Counted from the first letter of the stretch, positions 1 through 10,804 are shown. The stretch is DNA of 64,000 nucleotides from Candidatus Poribacteria bacterium (GCA_036339735.1 JAYZAL010000047.1:64001-128000); one strand, 5' to 3'. Translations and numbers: made by a program. The notes: generated from the sequence alone by a model not told the origin.

Positions 1-182
1 TTTGGAATAAGAGAATTGAAGTCAATCCTGCGATTCAGCAAGCTGAGTTAGCTAAGATGCTAAAACCTCTAGCTGAACTCTGCCATGTTCTCTATCAAAG
101 TGAGAATGGTCGAGCTGTCATCCCTGAATTGGCTGAAGCCTTATTTGATCTGAGAAGTTTGCTTCACAACGTTGAGGATTAG
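1..182 (+). CDS. 3' end of a gene truncated by the window edge (hypothetical protein)
   Basis: Open frame from position 3 (WNKRIEVNPAIQQAEL...LLHNVED) ending in TAG at 180-182, 25 nt before the sulfatase start. Confidence 0.6.
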   Translation, partial: WNKRIEVNPAIQQAELAKMLKPLAELCHVLYQSENGRAVIPELAEALFDLRSLLHNVED

Positions 183-207
183 CGAGGACCTGTGGTTCTA
201 GTAAACC

Positions 208-1683
208 ATGTCAAAGTCGGAAAGCCTGCCGAATATTCTTTTGATCTTAGCTGATGATCTAGGATATGGTGATGTCTCGTGTTACAACCCCGAGTCAAAA
301 GTATCAACTCCAAATATTGATAAACTGGCCACCGATGGCGTGCGCTTTACTGATGCTCACAGTCCATCGACCGTTTGTACACCTAGTCGTTACAGCATAC
401 TAACTGGGCGAATGGCTTTTCGTACGGGTTTTAGTGGGGTCTTCACTGGGGTTGGTGGCCCTTGCTTGATTGAAGATTCACGTTTAACCCTACCAGCGAT
501 GTTAAAAACAAAAGGCTACAAAACAGCTCTGTTTGGAAAGTGGCACGTTGGCTTAAGTTTCCTTGATCGTGCAGGAGTACCGATCAATGAGAATGGATTC
601 GAACCAGTACGAAGAATAGATTACAAACGTTCAATACCAGATGCTCCTATTCATCGTGGATTCGATCACTTCTTTGGTACTGCTTGCTGTCCAACCACTG
701 ATTTCTTGTATGCCTTCATTGATGGAGATCGAGTTCCAGTGCCACCAGTAGCCTTATTAGATAAAGCCACTTTACCTAATCACCCTTATTCTCTGGATAA
801 TCGAATTGGCTTCATTGCACCAGACTTTGACTTAGAAGAAGTAGATATGGTCTTTCTCGACAAAAGTAAGGCCTTTTTAGAAAACCATGCCCACGAAAGC
901 CCAGATGATCCATTTTTTCTGTTTCATTCGACACAGGCCGTTCATCTACCTTCCTTTGCACAAAGAGGTTTTCAGGGGAAAACCAATGTGGGGCCACACG
1001 GTGACTTTATCTTTCAGTTTGACTATTTGGTTGGTGAATTACTGCACACGTTGCAAAAATTAGATATGGTTGAAAATACGCTAGTTATAGTGTGCAGCGA
1101 TAATGGACCAGAGGTTACTAGCGTAGTTAATATGCGTGCTGATTATCAGCATGATGGTGCAAAGCCTTGGCGAGGGATGAAACGCGATCAATGGGAGGGT
1201 GGGCACCGAATTCCATTTATTGTTCGTTGGCCATCACAAGTCCCAGCTGGTGTCACTAATGATCAAACTGTTTCCTTGTGCGATATTATGGCAACTTGTG
1301 CTGGTGTAGTTAATTTTCCGTTGCCGGATGATGCTGCCGAAGATAGCTTCAATATTTATCCAATCATAGGGAAACAAAAGGTATCTGTACCTACTCGAAC
1401 ATATACTTTACATCAGACTATTTCGCTGGCACTTTCCATTCGCAGGGATCAATGGAAATATCTTGACCACCAAGGTTCTGGGGGTAATGATTATGAATCT
1501 CCGGTACTCCAACCTTATGCTTTGAAAGAATATCAACCTACTGCTCCTGCACAGTTATACAATTTGGATGAAGATCCTGGAGAAACAACCAACCTTTACT
1601 TTGACTACCCGAAAATAGTAGAAGAATTAAAAATGCAATTAGATTGCGCCGTCAATTCTGGCCGAACCAGGCCTTACCAATGA
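208..1683 (+). CDS. Arylsulfatase family sulfatase (Cys-type, formylglycine-dependent)
   Basis: PNILLILADDLGYGD, CTPSR signature, GKWHVG, SDNGP, EGGHRIPFIVRWP, QLYNLDEDPGE; GAGGA RBS upstream. Confidence 0.95.
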   Translation: MSKSESLPNILLILADDLGYGDVSCYNPESKVSTPNIDKLATDGVRFTDAHSPSTVCTPSRYSILTGRMAFRTGFSGVFTGVGGPCLIEDSRLTLPAMLKTKGYKTALFGKWHVGLSFLDRAGVPINENGFEPVRRIDYKRSIPDAPIHRGFDHFFGTACCPTTDFLYAFIDGDRVPVPPVALLDKATLPNHPYSLDNRIGFIAPDFDLEEVDMVFLDKSKAFLENHAHESPDDPFFLFHSTQAVHLPSFAQRGFQGKTNVGPHGDFIFQFDYLVGELLHTLQKLDMVENTLVIVCSDNGPEVTSVVNMRADYQHDGAKPWRGMKRDQWEGGHRIPFIVRWPSQVPAGVTNDQTVSLCDIMATCAGVVNFPLPDDAAEDSFNIYPIIGKQKVSVPTRTYTLHQTISLALSIRRDQWKYLDHQGSGGNDYESPVLQPYALKEYQPTAPAQLYNLDEDPGETTNLYFDYPKIVEELKMQLDCAVNSGRTRPYQ

Positions 1684-1774
1684 ATTTGAAATGCTTGCAC
1701 CACTTGCTCAGACTAGACGGTGTATGATATTATCTAACTTTTAATGTACAGAATGTAAAAGGAATAAAATAGAC

Positions 1775-3670
1775 ATGATTATCTATCTTCGAGAAAAGGG
1801 GCTGGCACAAATCCTAATTGGTGCAGTTACTGTTGCTTTTGTTATAGGCTCTATTTTCTTGTATGGTAGTTCTGACTTAGCAAGTAATACTGGTCCTGAT
1901 GAAGTTGCTTTGACCGTCGGAGAAACGAAAATCTTCCAAAGTGAGTTAGATCGAGCTATAAGTAATCAGGCCGCTGGGAAACAAGATCAAGAGGAAACAA
2001 AAAAACGGGTGATTGAGCAATATGTACTAAGAGAACTTGTTAAACAAGAAATGCCAGTTCAACAGAGTGAAATTGAACAGTACATAGCCTCTAACCCAGA
2101 CCAACTGAGTGCCTATAGATTATACCAAAAATCAGGAGTGAGTGATGAGTTTGAGAAAGACATTCAAGTCCAGCTTAGTTACCAAGGAATGGAGCAACTC
2201 CTTCATCATTTACCAATAGTAACAGATTCAGAAATCCAAGAAACCTACCAACGTGAGAATACGAAAGCAAAGCTGAAATTTATTCGGTTTCGTCACTATG
2301 AGTATAATAGTCTTGCCACAGTCACTGATGAGGAAGCAAAATCGCATTTCGAGTTAAATAAAGAGAAGTACAAAAAATCGGATCAGATTAATCTCAAGTA
2401 CGTACAAATCAAGCCCGAAGACTTTGTTACCGACGAACAAATAAAAGCCCATTATGAAAAGACAAAAGACCAGTATTCGGAAGTAACAGAAGTGACAGCT
2501 CGGCATATTTTGAAAAAAGTCGCTGAAGGTGCCAGTCTAGATGAAAAAGGCAAAATCCGCCAACAAGCAGCTGAACTGCTTGAAATGGTAAAAACAGAAG
2601 TGGTAGCGGGCAAATCTTTTGCAGAACTAGCAAAAGTCCACTCAGAAGGTCCATCGGCTAGTAATGGTGGTTCGCTCGGTTCTTTTGGTCGTGGTAAAAT
2701 GGTCAAACCTTTTGAAACAGCGTGCTTTGATGAGTTAGATATAGGTGAAATTAGTGGTTTAGTCGAAACTAGTTTTGGGTTTCATATCATCAAGTTAGAA
2801 GACAAAAAAGTTAATATGCAAACTTTTGATGAAGTTAAGCAAGAAATAAAAACCTTGCTGATAAAAACTGATGCCTCTCATGTTAGCCAACAACTAGCCG
2901 ATAATCTCCTGATGGATGTAGAACTTGATGATTACGAAACCGCTATGGGGCAAGAAGCTTATTCTAGTCGAAATTTGACTATCCAGGAAACTGGACTATT
3001 TGAACAAGATGCCAGCTCGATTCCCAACATCGGTTCTCGTTACACTTATGGGGATTTAATCGAAAAAGCCTTCGATATGGAAGTCAATATAAACGAAATG
3101 ATAGAGGTGAAGCGAAGTAATGGAGAAGTGGAAAGTTATTTCGTAGCCTTAGTCTTGGAAAAAAAGGCTGCGGCTATCCCAGAATTTGAGGATGTTAAAG
3201 CTGAAGTTAAGAACGACTTGCAAGAGGAAAAGGCAAAGGGGTTAGCAATGGAAGACGCTAACAAACTATTCAAACTTCTTCAAGCCGGTCAATCGCTAGA
3301 TGATTTGGTTCTATCGTACTCCGCACCTGAAAATACATCGATCAAAGAAAAAAAAGTCGAAGAGAGCGGACTATTTTCTCTAAGTGTTAATAGCATTTAT
3401 GTCTCTAACATGGGATCTTGCCAAGATGCTATGTTTAAGGCTTTTCAGATGGATATAAATGAAGTTGCTGGGCCATTTGAAGGCGACGTAGCTCACTACC
3501 TGATTCAGCTAGTCGAGAAAGATGAAGCAGACATGGAAAAGCTAAAGACCGATCCAAAGGTTCGTACAGAGATCATGAAGAAATTAGTTCAGGCAAAGAA
3601 AAATGAAGTCTTTACTGATTGGTATAATTCTACACGAAAGCAGATCACGGTCACAGACCATCGTTCTTAA
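1775..3670 (+). CDS. PpiD/SurA-like parvulin peptidyl-prolyl isomerase chaperone
   Basis: N-terminal TM helix; parvulin motifs ARHIL, FAELAKVHSEGPSASNGGSLG, MVKPFE, ETSFGFHIIK; PpiD-like length. Confidence 0.9.
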   Translation: MIIYLREKGLAQILIGAVTVAFVIGSIFLYGSSDLASNTGPDEVALTVGETKIFQSELDRAISNQAAGKQDQEETKKRVIEQYVLRELVKQEMPVQQSEIEQYIASNPDQLSAYRLYQKSGVSDEFEKDIQVQLSYQGMEQLLHHLPIVTDSEIQETYQRENTKAKLKFIRFRHYEYNSLATVTDEEAKSHFELNKEKYKKSDQINLKYVQIKPEDFVTDEQIKAHYEKTKDQYSEVTEVTARHILKKVAEGASLDEKGKIRQQAAELLEMVKTEVVAGKSFAELAKVHSEGPSASNGGSLGSFGRGKMVKPFETACFDELDIGEISGLVETSFGFHIIKLEDKKVNMQTFDEVKQEIKTLLIKTDASHVSQQLADNLLMDVELDDYETAMGQEAYSSRNLTIQETGLFEQDASSIPNIGSRYTYGDLIEKAFDMEVNINEMIEVKRSNGEVESYFVALVLEKKAAAIPEFEDVKAEVKNDLQEEKAKGLAMEDANKLFKLLQAGQSLDDLVLSYSAPENTSIKEKKVEESGLFSLSVNSIYVSNMGSCQDAMFKAFQMDINEVAGPFEGDVAHYLIQLVEKDEADMEKLKTDPKVRTEIMKKLVQAKKNEVFTDWYNSTRKQITVTDHRS

Positions 3671-3709
3671 TCTTTACTGATTCGTAACAACTGGTACAGT
3701 CTACTTACC

Positions 3710-4708
3710 GTGCTTACTAATAGCCTTCGAACTGTTTTATTTTGTTTCTGGTCGATTGCTGTCACTTTATCTGTTTCTCAATGGAGCCAATCAGACAATC
3801 GTGTAGTTCCTCACCAACTAGAGGCTAATTCTTTTCAAACCTCTCAAGATTTAGATCTAATTAGAAAATTTGAAACCTACCAAATTCCAATGATGCTGAG
3901 AAAGGTAACAAAATCAGATGATGTCTATATTGTACCTTGGTTGCGAAAAAAAACGGGTGAGATCCATGATTACCAATTAACCATTGAAACTATGAAACGT
4001 GGTGTAATGGTAACAAATCAGCAATTTTCCTGGGTTCAAGAAGAAGTTAAGCGGTGTGCTGAGATTCTAAATTTGTCTCAAATCCCCTTGGTCTTCATCG
4101 TAGGCGACCGAGAGATGTATGCCGATATAGTTAATTTTTATGATCCTTTTCTCCTTTTATCCTCTGACTTGATTGAAAAATCAGGTTTAGCCGAGCTTCG
4201 TTTTATCATTGGACGAGAGCTCGGGCATTTGAAGTGTGATCATGTCTTTTATCATACCTTATTTGATGGTGGTTTAGATTCGATTAACTTAGTTCTAGGA
4301 AAATGGGTACAAGAATTAGTAAAAGCCTTTTTGGGCAAGATTTCCGACCTGATTTTGGCGGACTGGGTTTTAGCCAGTGAAATATCAGCTGATCGGGCAG
4401 GTCTTATTGCTTGCCAAGATTTGGCGGCTGCCAATCGCGCTTTGCTAAATTTTAAACTGTCGGTGGCTTCTAATATGATTGTTATTTCACCCACAGATTA
4501 TATCCGGCAGGCAAAAATTGTTCAGCAGAAACGAAAAAATGCACTCGACAGACTTCCAGAAGCAGGGCAAAATTCAATCAATAGATGGGAGAAATCAAAA
4601 CAGCTTAAATCTACACAGCCCTTTCTATCGAGTAGATTTGAAAAACTGCAGGAATACGCGACCTCAGAAGGATACCAAATACTATTATCAATCCAACCGA
4701 GAAACTAA
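3710..4708 (+). CDS. M48/HtpX-like metallopeptidase fold protein with variant zinc motif (RELGH)
   Basis: ELRFIIGRELGHLKCDH, SEISADRAGLIAC and QPFLSSR resemble M48 motifs; N-terminal signal peptide. Confidence 0.75.
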   Translation: MLTNSLRTVLFCFWSIAVTLSVSQWSQSDNRVVPHQLEANSFQTSQDLDLIRKFETYQIPMMLRKVTKSDDVYIVPWLRKKTGEIHDYQLTIETMKRGVMVTNQQFSWVQEEVKRCAEILNLSQIPLVFIVGDREMYADIVNFYDPFLLLSSDLIEKSGLAELRFIIGRELGHLKCDHVFYHTLFDGGLDSINLVLGKWVQELVKAFLGKISDLILADWVLASEISADRAGLIACQDLAAANRALLNFKLSVASNMIVISPTDYIRQAKIVQQKRKNALDRLPEAGQNSINRWEKSKQLKSTQPFLSSRFEKLQEYATSEGYQILLSIQPRN

Positions 4709-4720
4709 GAGAGGTATAAA

Positions 4721-5230
4721 ATGCTTGAAGATCTCCAAGTCAACATTATTGGGGTATTAGAACGTCGAGTTGAACAAGCAGTCGAACTCATCAACCAGAT
4801 GAAGAGCGAACGGAACTCACTGCAAGAAGAAATTAGTCGTTTGCAAGGGGTAATTCAACAAAAAGACAATAACATACAAGAATTAGACAATCGCAATCAA
4901 GAACTTCTGCAAATCAAAACAGACTTCGATAAGCTTGAGGAACAACAAAGAGCAGAAAAACAATCGAGAGAACAGGAAAAAAGTGAACTGCGACAGCGAG
5001 TAGAAAGTGTAATTTCGATTTTGGATAGTTTGCCACTGGGCACCTCTCCAAAGCTCGATGTATCCCAAGTTGGAGCACATCCAGAAACTTCCCCTGTACA
5101 AGCAACAACTTCCAATCAAATCTCTTTGCCAGCTGATAAATTTCCGACGCCTACAAGTAACCAGGTGAAATCTCCGTCGCCTACACCACTCGGTTCTATT
5201 CAGCCACCCTCCAATAAAAGTCCTAGTTAA
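4721..5230 (+). CDS. ZapB-like coiled-coil protein with Pro/Ser-rich tail
   Basis: LERRVEQAVELINQMK start, long heptad coiled coil ending LRQRVESVISIL; GAGG RBS. Confidence 0.55.
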   Translation: MLEDLQVNIIGVLERRVEQAVELINQMKSERNSLQEEISRLQGVIQQKDNNIQELDNRNQELLQIKTDFDKLEEQQRAEKQSREQEKSELRQRVESVISILDSLPLGTSPKLDVSQVGAHPETSPVQATTSNQISLPADKFPTPTSNQVKSPSPTPLGSIQPPSNKSPS

Positions 5231-5268
5231 TCACTCTGCTATTCTTCAATTTTTCATTGGTTTAGGAC

Positions 5269-6456
5269 GTGAAGGCGCGGATTCTAGTCTTATCTCATTC
5301 CTACATTATGAAATCCTACAGGAAAAAATTTACCCTGATAGGACAATTAACAGCTCATCTGCCGGAGTTCCAGATTCGTGTTATTACGCCAAACACGTGG
5401 ATTGAAAACTTTCAGCAACTTACTTTCGAACCTACAACTAAAACTAACTGTCAAGAAATCCCTCTACCGGTCATTTCTTCTGGTTATGCTAGTCGTTTTG
5501 TTTATCAAGAAGGGTTAGTTCCTCACTTTCGTGATTTTCAGCCAGATATTATTCACTTGGAAGAAGAAGCTTGGAGTCTTAATGCGTTGCAAACACTCCT
5601 CTTACAACGATGGTTTTGCCCACACAGCAAGTTGATTTTTCGTACATCTCTAAGTGTAGAAATTAGCCAACGGTTCGGTCCCATCCCCAAATGGATTGAA
5701 AAACAAGTTTTTAAGAGGACGGATATGGCTTTTCCATTGAGTCAGAATGCGGTACAAATTTTAGCTAATCGTGGCTATACTGGTCCCTCAACAGTATTTC
5801 CAAATGGAGTTGATATTAGTCTTTTTCGACCACTAGATAGTATGACGATTACTGATCAACAAAGTGTAGCATTTCTGAAGCATTCACTAAATCTCAATGG
5901 GTGCTTTGTAATTGGCTATGTCGGTCGATTACTTCATATGAAAGGGATTGATATTTTATTTAGATCAGTCAAATCAATAGCGGAAAATAGCCTAATACAG
6001 TTCAAAATTTTGTTGTTGGGTCGTGGAAAATATAAATCCGAATTAGAGCAATTAGCGAAAAATCTTGGTATTGAGAATAATTTGATATGGATTGATGCAG
6101 TTCCACCTGAAGCCGTACCAAACTACATAAACTGTATGGATACACTAGTACTTCCTTCTCGAACGACACCCGATTGGGTGGAATTTTTTGGTCGTGTGTT
6201 AATAGAAGCAATGGCGTGCCGAGTCCCAGTCATTGGATCAGATTCGGGCGAAATCCCCAAAGTCATTGGAAAGGCTGGACTAGTTTTTCCAGAAGAAGAT
6301 ACAGAAACCTTAGCTCAGCACTTAAAGGCAATATACCAAGATCAATCCCTTCGACAACAACTTACCCAGCGTGGGTTCGAACGAGTCCACAGATTTACAT
6401 GGGAAACAATCGCGGATAATACCTTTAGAGCTTATATTAATTTGTTATCGGAATAG
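5269..6456 (+). CDS. Glycosyltransferase family 4 (GT-B)
   Basis: PNGVD, GYVGRL..KG, EFFGRVLIEAMACRVPVIGSDSG, RFTW. Confidence 0.93.
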   Translation: MKARILVLSHSYIMKSYRKKFTLIGQLTAHLPEFQIRVITPNTWIENFQQLTFEPTTKTNCQEIPLPVISSGYASRFVYQEGLVPHFRDFQPDIIHLEEEAWSLNALQTLLLQRWFCPHSKLIFRTSLSVEISQRFGPIPKWIEKQVFKRTDMAFPLSQNAVQILANRGYTGPSTVFPNGVDISLFRPLDSMTITDQQSVAFLKHSLNLNGCFVIGYVGRLLHMKGIDILFRSVKSIAENSLIQFKILLLGRGKYKSELEQLAKNLGIENNLIWIDAVPPEAVPNYINCMDTLVLPSRTTPDWVEFFGRVLIEAMACRVPVIGSDSGEIPKVIGKAGLVFPEEDTETLAQHLKAIYQDQSLRQQLTQRGFERVHRFTWETIADNTFRAYINLLSE

Positions 6457-6635
6457 TTTTATCCTCTACTAGAAAAACAATAATGGACTCAATTTTCGCG
6501 ATTTATGCATTCTCTTTCCGCGTTTTTTGTTTCATCTTAAGTAACTTTGATCGAATAGATTATAACTATGACGGTAGTTAAATTTTTACTTTTGTATGAT
6601 GTTTTCTTGTTTATTTCAGGAATATTGTTGGGTAA

Positions 6636-7895
6636 ATGAAAATTATCTTGACAACTTGGGGAACTACAGGGGATGTACAACCCTTTATTGCTCTTGCCAG
6701 CGGTCTGATAGCGGCCGGCCATCAAGTTCGATTGTGTACGTCAGAAATTTATAGAGAGAAAGTTGAGTCTGTTGGTGCCGACTTTTTTCCTGTAGGTTTA
6801 CCATTTAACTCCGATCATTTTAACAGACTGATGGACCGTATTATCAAAATACGTAATCCATTTAGTTCAGCCCTAGTAGTAGCTAAAGAGGGTATTCTGT
6901 CAGGAGCCAAGTTTTGGTATGATGACTGCCTAAAAGCAATGAATGGAGATTTCGACTTGTCGATATCTCACTCTGCGGATATCCCTGGTCAAGAAGCTGC
7001 CATTCGGTCTGGGTTGCCAAATATTACTGTTAGTTATTGCCCCGCTTTTATTAAGTCAATATATGCACCGCCACCGCCAATGCCTAACTGGGGATTACCT
7101 ATTAGTTGGTTACTATGGCAAATGATCGGTCTTGCGATGTGGACCAAAGTTGATCCACTATTTAATGAATTTATTCATCAAGTAAAAGGAGAGCCGCGTC
7201 GGATGATTGGGTTTTCTGGTATGTACTCAACTGATTTGAACTTAGTTGCAGTTTCACCAGCTATCGTACCACCACCACTGGATTTACCAACTAATCATCA
7301 ATTTACTGGGGATTGGTCATTAGATGAACCTAGTTATCAACCACCAACTGACTTGCTTAAATTTATAAACGATGGTCCAAAACCAATTGTAGTGACATTT
7401 GGTTCCATGGGAGGTAATCAAGACCCCACTTCGATTATCTGCGCCGCAATACAGCGGACAAATCAGCGAGCGATTATACAATCTGGCTGGGGTAACCTCG
7501 GCCACGCAACCCAACTACACGAAGATATATTTTTTGTTGACTATGTGCCACATAGCTGGTTATTCCAATCAGCTAAAATGGTTATTCATCATGGGGGAGC
7601 AGGAACCACAACCGCAGTTTGTCGAGCCGGTGTACCATCGGTGGTTGTTCCCCACTTAGCTGATCAACCTTACTGGGGAGGGGTGCTTCATCAGCGCGGC
7701 GTAGCGCCAAAACCGGTTCACCGCCGGCATTTAAAAGTCAAGAATCTAGCACAACGGATCCAAGAAGTCTTAGATAACGGCCAGAAATTCGAACAAGCCC
7801 AACAACTTGGAAACGCTATGCGAAGCGAAAATGGAGTAAAAACAGCAATAGGCCTAATTGAGAGTTTTGCAGGGAATAAGTCGACTGATTATTAA
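6636..7895 (+). CDS. Glycosyltransferase family 1 (sterol glucosyltransferase-like)
   Basis: GTTGDVQPFIALA..L...GHQV, VTFGSM, VPHSWLF, HHGGAGTT, ADQPYWG. Confidence 0.92.
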   Translation: MKIILTTWGTTGDVQPFIALASGLIAAGHQVRLCTSEIYREKVESVGADFFPVGLPFNSDHFNRLMDRIIKIRNPFSSALVVAKEGILSGAKFWYDDCLKAMNGDFDLSISHSADIPGQEAAIRSGLPNITVSYCPAFIKSIYAPPPPMPNWGLPISWLLWQMIGLAMWTKVDPLFNEFIHQVKGEPRRMIGFSGMYSTDLNLVAVSPAIVPPPLDLPTNHQFTGDWSLDEPSYQPPTDLLKFINDGPKPIVVTFGSMGGNQDPTSIICAAIQRTNQRAIIQSGWGNLGHATQLHEDIFFVDYVPHSWLFQSAKMVIHHGGAGTTTAVCRAGVPSVVVPHLADQPYWGGVLHQRGVAPKPVHRRHLKVKNLAQRIQEVLDNGQKFEQAQQLGNAMRSENGVKTAIGLIESFAGNKSTDY

Positions 7896-8600
7896 CTATC
7901 TTAATTCAAAGGTGGAAGGTAATATTGTATCCTCGTCGTAGATTAGTTGTGAACAGTTTGTGTTCACAAGGTTGGCTTTCTCGAGGTTTGCTCCCCTGAT
8001 ATCAGCGTTAGTTAGATTGGCTCCGTATAAATTGGCACCAGTTAGGGTTGATTTATATTTTTCATCATCACTATCGCTATCGCTATGGTGGCTAAAATTA
8101 GCTTTGGCCAAGTTAGCTGAAGTCAAATTAACACCTCTCAGATCAGCCTCCACTAAATCAGCATTCGACAAATCAGCCAGGGTTAGATCCGATCGTTCTA
8201 ATTTTGCCTGACGCAAGTTAGCTTTTGTTAGTTGTGCTTCTCTCAAATCTGAACCACTCAAGTTTACCCAACATAAATTAGTTGCATTTAGACGAGCGTA
8301 GCGGAGATCTGCCCCATTGAGACTGGCACCATATAAGTCAGCACCATCAAGATTTGCTCCAGTTAGGTTCGCGCCTTCCAGGTTTGCACGACTTAGGTCT
8401 GCATTGGTTAGATCAGCACCGGCCAGATTAGACCATCTAAGATCGCTATATGCCAAGTGGGCATCAGTTAAATTTGCACTTTCAAGATTGGTCCAGCTTA
8501 GATCACATCGACTCATATCGGCTCCAGTCAAATTAGATGCTACTCCGAGCTCGTACTTTCTTCCATTTTTCTCGACAATTTTCATGTTTTTTGTTTCCAA
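7896..8600 (-). CDS. Pentapeptide repeat protein
   Basis: Continuous A(D/N)Lxx repeats, interrupted once by HHSDSDSDDEKYKS. Confidence 0.92.
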   Translation of the reverse strand: METKNMKIVEKNGRKYELGVASNLTGADMSRCDLSWTNLESANLTDAHLAYSDLRWSNLAGADLTNADLSRANLEGANLTGANLDGADLYGASLNGADLRYARLNATNLCWVNLSGSDLREAQLTKANLRQAKLERSDLTLADLSNADLVEADLRGVNLTSANLAKANFSHHSDSDSDDEKYKSTLTGANLYGANLTNADIRGANLEKANLVNTNCSQLIYDEDTILPSTFELR

Positions 8601-8671
8601 TCCGTCACACTAGTTCTTAGTTAAGATATTGAAATCTTTATTGTCTTTTGTTGATCCTGTATTATTTGAAG

Positions 8672-10753
8672 TTAATTTTTGGTTTCTAATTTCTTGACTA
8701 ATTGATCAATTTGCCGGAACTGCCAACTCCAGCGCACGTTGTATAAGAATTGTCTCAAATCGAAACGATTATCCTCTGGTGAATACAGCTCAGCGTGATA
8801 GGATGGCGTCATAGTCGTCATCTTATGACGGTTAACTGAGTAGTAAAAAAAGAATCGTTTGACTTTTTCTGCAACTATGGCGGGGGATAGGTGCTCCCAT
8901 TCGTAAACTAGTTTCTCGAACATTCTCACAGGCCCACATCGGTGAACTTTACGTAAGATTCCAAATTTACCGAGTTCATCGTATGTCATTCCCATATCGA
9001 TTTCGTCTTTCTGATTATAATTCTCAGTAATCGGTTCAAGTTCTGCTGTTGGGGGAGCATTAACTACGTCAATCAAAGCTGGATATCCCAAGTGGTTCGC
9101 GGCCCAACGAAGAAATTGTCGAAGGTCCCTCTTACTAATACCACCGATTGGATTAATATCAGCGCTACTACAATCGTATTTGGTAACATATCCGCGCAAA
9201 CTTTCATCTACGTTTGCACTACCGAGAACAAGTAGTCCTCCTTTATAACCTCTAACCCAAGGCAATAATTGAGCCAATAGATATGCTAAAACCATGCGGG
9301 TCCGCGCCTGAATATTTTGTAACGCCAGATTTTCGGATAGTGATCCGCCGTTAACTTTAAATTGAGGCTGTTTGCCAGTCAAACGTACAAACAACGACAA
9401 AAAAGCATTAACAATTCCATCAATGTTAGCATTTAGATGAAAGTTGCCAATTTGTTCAGAAATGGCTTGAGCCCGGTCTTTTGTATCTTTTGAGCTATTC
9501 TCCGAAGCCATGTAACAGGTGTGCAAAATTCGATTAGCCAATTTATGTGCTGAACTTGGCATATAAGTCTCGTCTGCCAACACTTTACGGATATCAGCTA
9601 ATGTCTGTTGATTGCCTCTACTAATAGACTCTACAACCAGTTGACACATTGAACCAACTAACGCAATTGTGGATGAGCTATCAGCACCACCAGAAATCGG
9701 AACGAAGTAACCACTACTACCTGAGCGACGTAGATAATCCCAAAGCCAACAGGCTGGGCCATATGCTATTTCTTCTTCTGGTTGATGGTAAAAAACCGTA
9801 ATAGGTTTTGTCGGTGCTACAAACTGGGATGTTGTTAAATCAAAATCGATCGAAATTCTCTGAATATTGTCAACTTGTGTCGCTTGCGCCGATCGACTCG
9901 AAATTGATCGGCGAAATGAACAGACCTCTTGTAAGTCAACTGTAGCAGTTATGACTTCCACATCGTCAAGAGAAAACTGAGAGCCTTGTGCCACTATTTC
10001 ACCATTGATTGCAATCAAGGCGCAACCATCAAAATAGAGCCGGCTGCCGTCACAACCCTGTTGGTTGGCATATAGATAAACACCACCACCTTTCGCTGTT
10101 GCTCCTCGAATCAGATCAATACGTTCATTAAGTTTACGCAACTGATGATGCGAACCCGATCCATTAGTGATAATTTCAATACCATCCAACCCAAAACCGA
10201 TGTGTGGACTCTTCGGTGTAAAGAGCTCTTCACAGGTTTCTGATGCAACAGTAGTATCCCTAGTAGCGATAGCTGCAATTCCAATGGGTGCAGTGTGCTG
10301 TTGGTTCAGGTCACGGATCGTTTCTGGCAGGGAAAAAGGTTCAATACTTCGTTCTTGACTCCAGGCTGAGAACCAACGTGTTTCCCTATAATTTCCATCA
10401 TTAGCCAAAAAGATTTTGGGCCGAATCATCAAGATTTGCTGATTCAGAACTAATACACGACAATTGTAACTAACATTTTTGTGTGAGATAGGCATCCCAA
10501 TATCACACAAAATTCCCTCGGTTGCATCGCTGGATAATATCTCAGCCATCACTTCCCAAGCATGCAAAAAGGTGTCTTCTTCTAAAAACGCATCTTCACA
10601 ACTATAACCAGTAACTTCTAACTCTGGTCCAAGGCGATAAGTCGCATCTTGCTCTTTGGCAATTTGAATGGACTGAAGAATTCGATCTAAATTACCGTCA
10701 AAATCTAAAGACCACTGGTTCAGATTACAAGTAGCGAGGGTTGCTAGTCTCAT
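8672..10753 (-). CDS. nadE: Glutamine-dependent NAD+ synthetase (two-domain, eukaryote-like)
   Basis: Nitrilase-type glutaminase domain ([30 protein letters not shown]) plus synthetase domain ([45 protein letters not shown]). Confidence 0.97.
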   Translation of the reverse strand: MRLATLATCNLNQWSLDFDGNLDRILQSIQIAKEQDATYRLGPELEVTGYSCEDAFLEEDTFLHAWEVMAEILSSDATEGILCDIGMPISHKNVSYNCRVLVLNQQILMIRPKIFLANDGNYRETRWFSAWSQERSIEPFSLPETIRDLNQQHTAPIGIAAIATRDTTVASETCEELFTPKSPHIGFGLDGIEIITNGSGSHHQLRKLNERIDLIRGATAKGGGVYLYANQQGCDGSRLYFDGCALIAINGEIVAQGSQFSLDDVEVITATVDLQEVCSFRRSISSRSAQATQVDNIQRISIDFDLTTSQFVAPTKPITVFYHQPEEEIAYGPACWLWDYLRRSGSSGYFVPISGGADSSSTIALVGSMCQLVVESISRGNQQTLADIRKVLADETYMPSSAHKLANRILHTCYMASENSSKDTKDRAQAISEQIGNFHLNANIDGIVNAFLSLFVRLTGKQPQFKVNGGSLSENLALQNIQARTRMVLAYLLAQLLPWVRGYKGGLLVLGSANVDESLRGYVTKYDCSSADINPIGGISKRDLRQFLRWAANHLGYPALIDVVNAPPTAELEPITENYNQKDEIDMGMTYDELGKFGILRKVHRCGPVRMFEKLVYEWEHLSPAIVAEKVKRFFFYYSVNRHKMTTMTPSYHAELYSPEDNRFDLRQFLYNVRWSWQFRQIDQLVKKLETKN

Positions 10754-10804
10754 AGCAAGATATTTTAAGATAGAGAACTATATTATTTGCAAAAAAACTA
10801 AATA

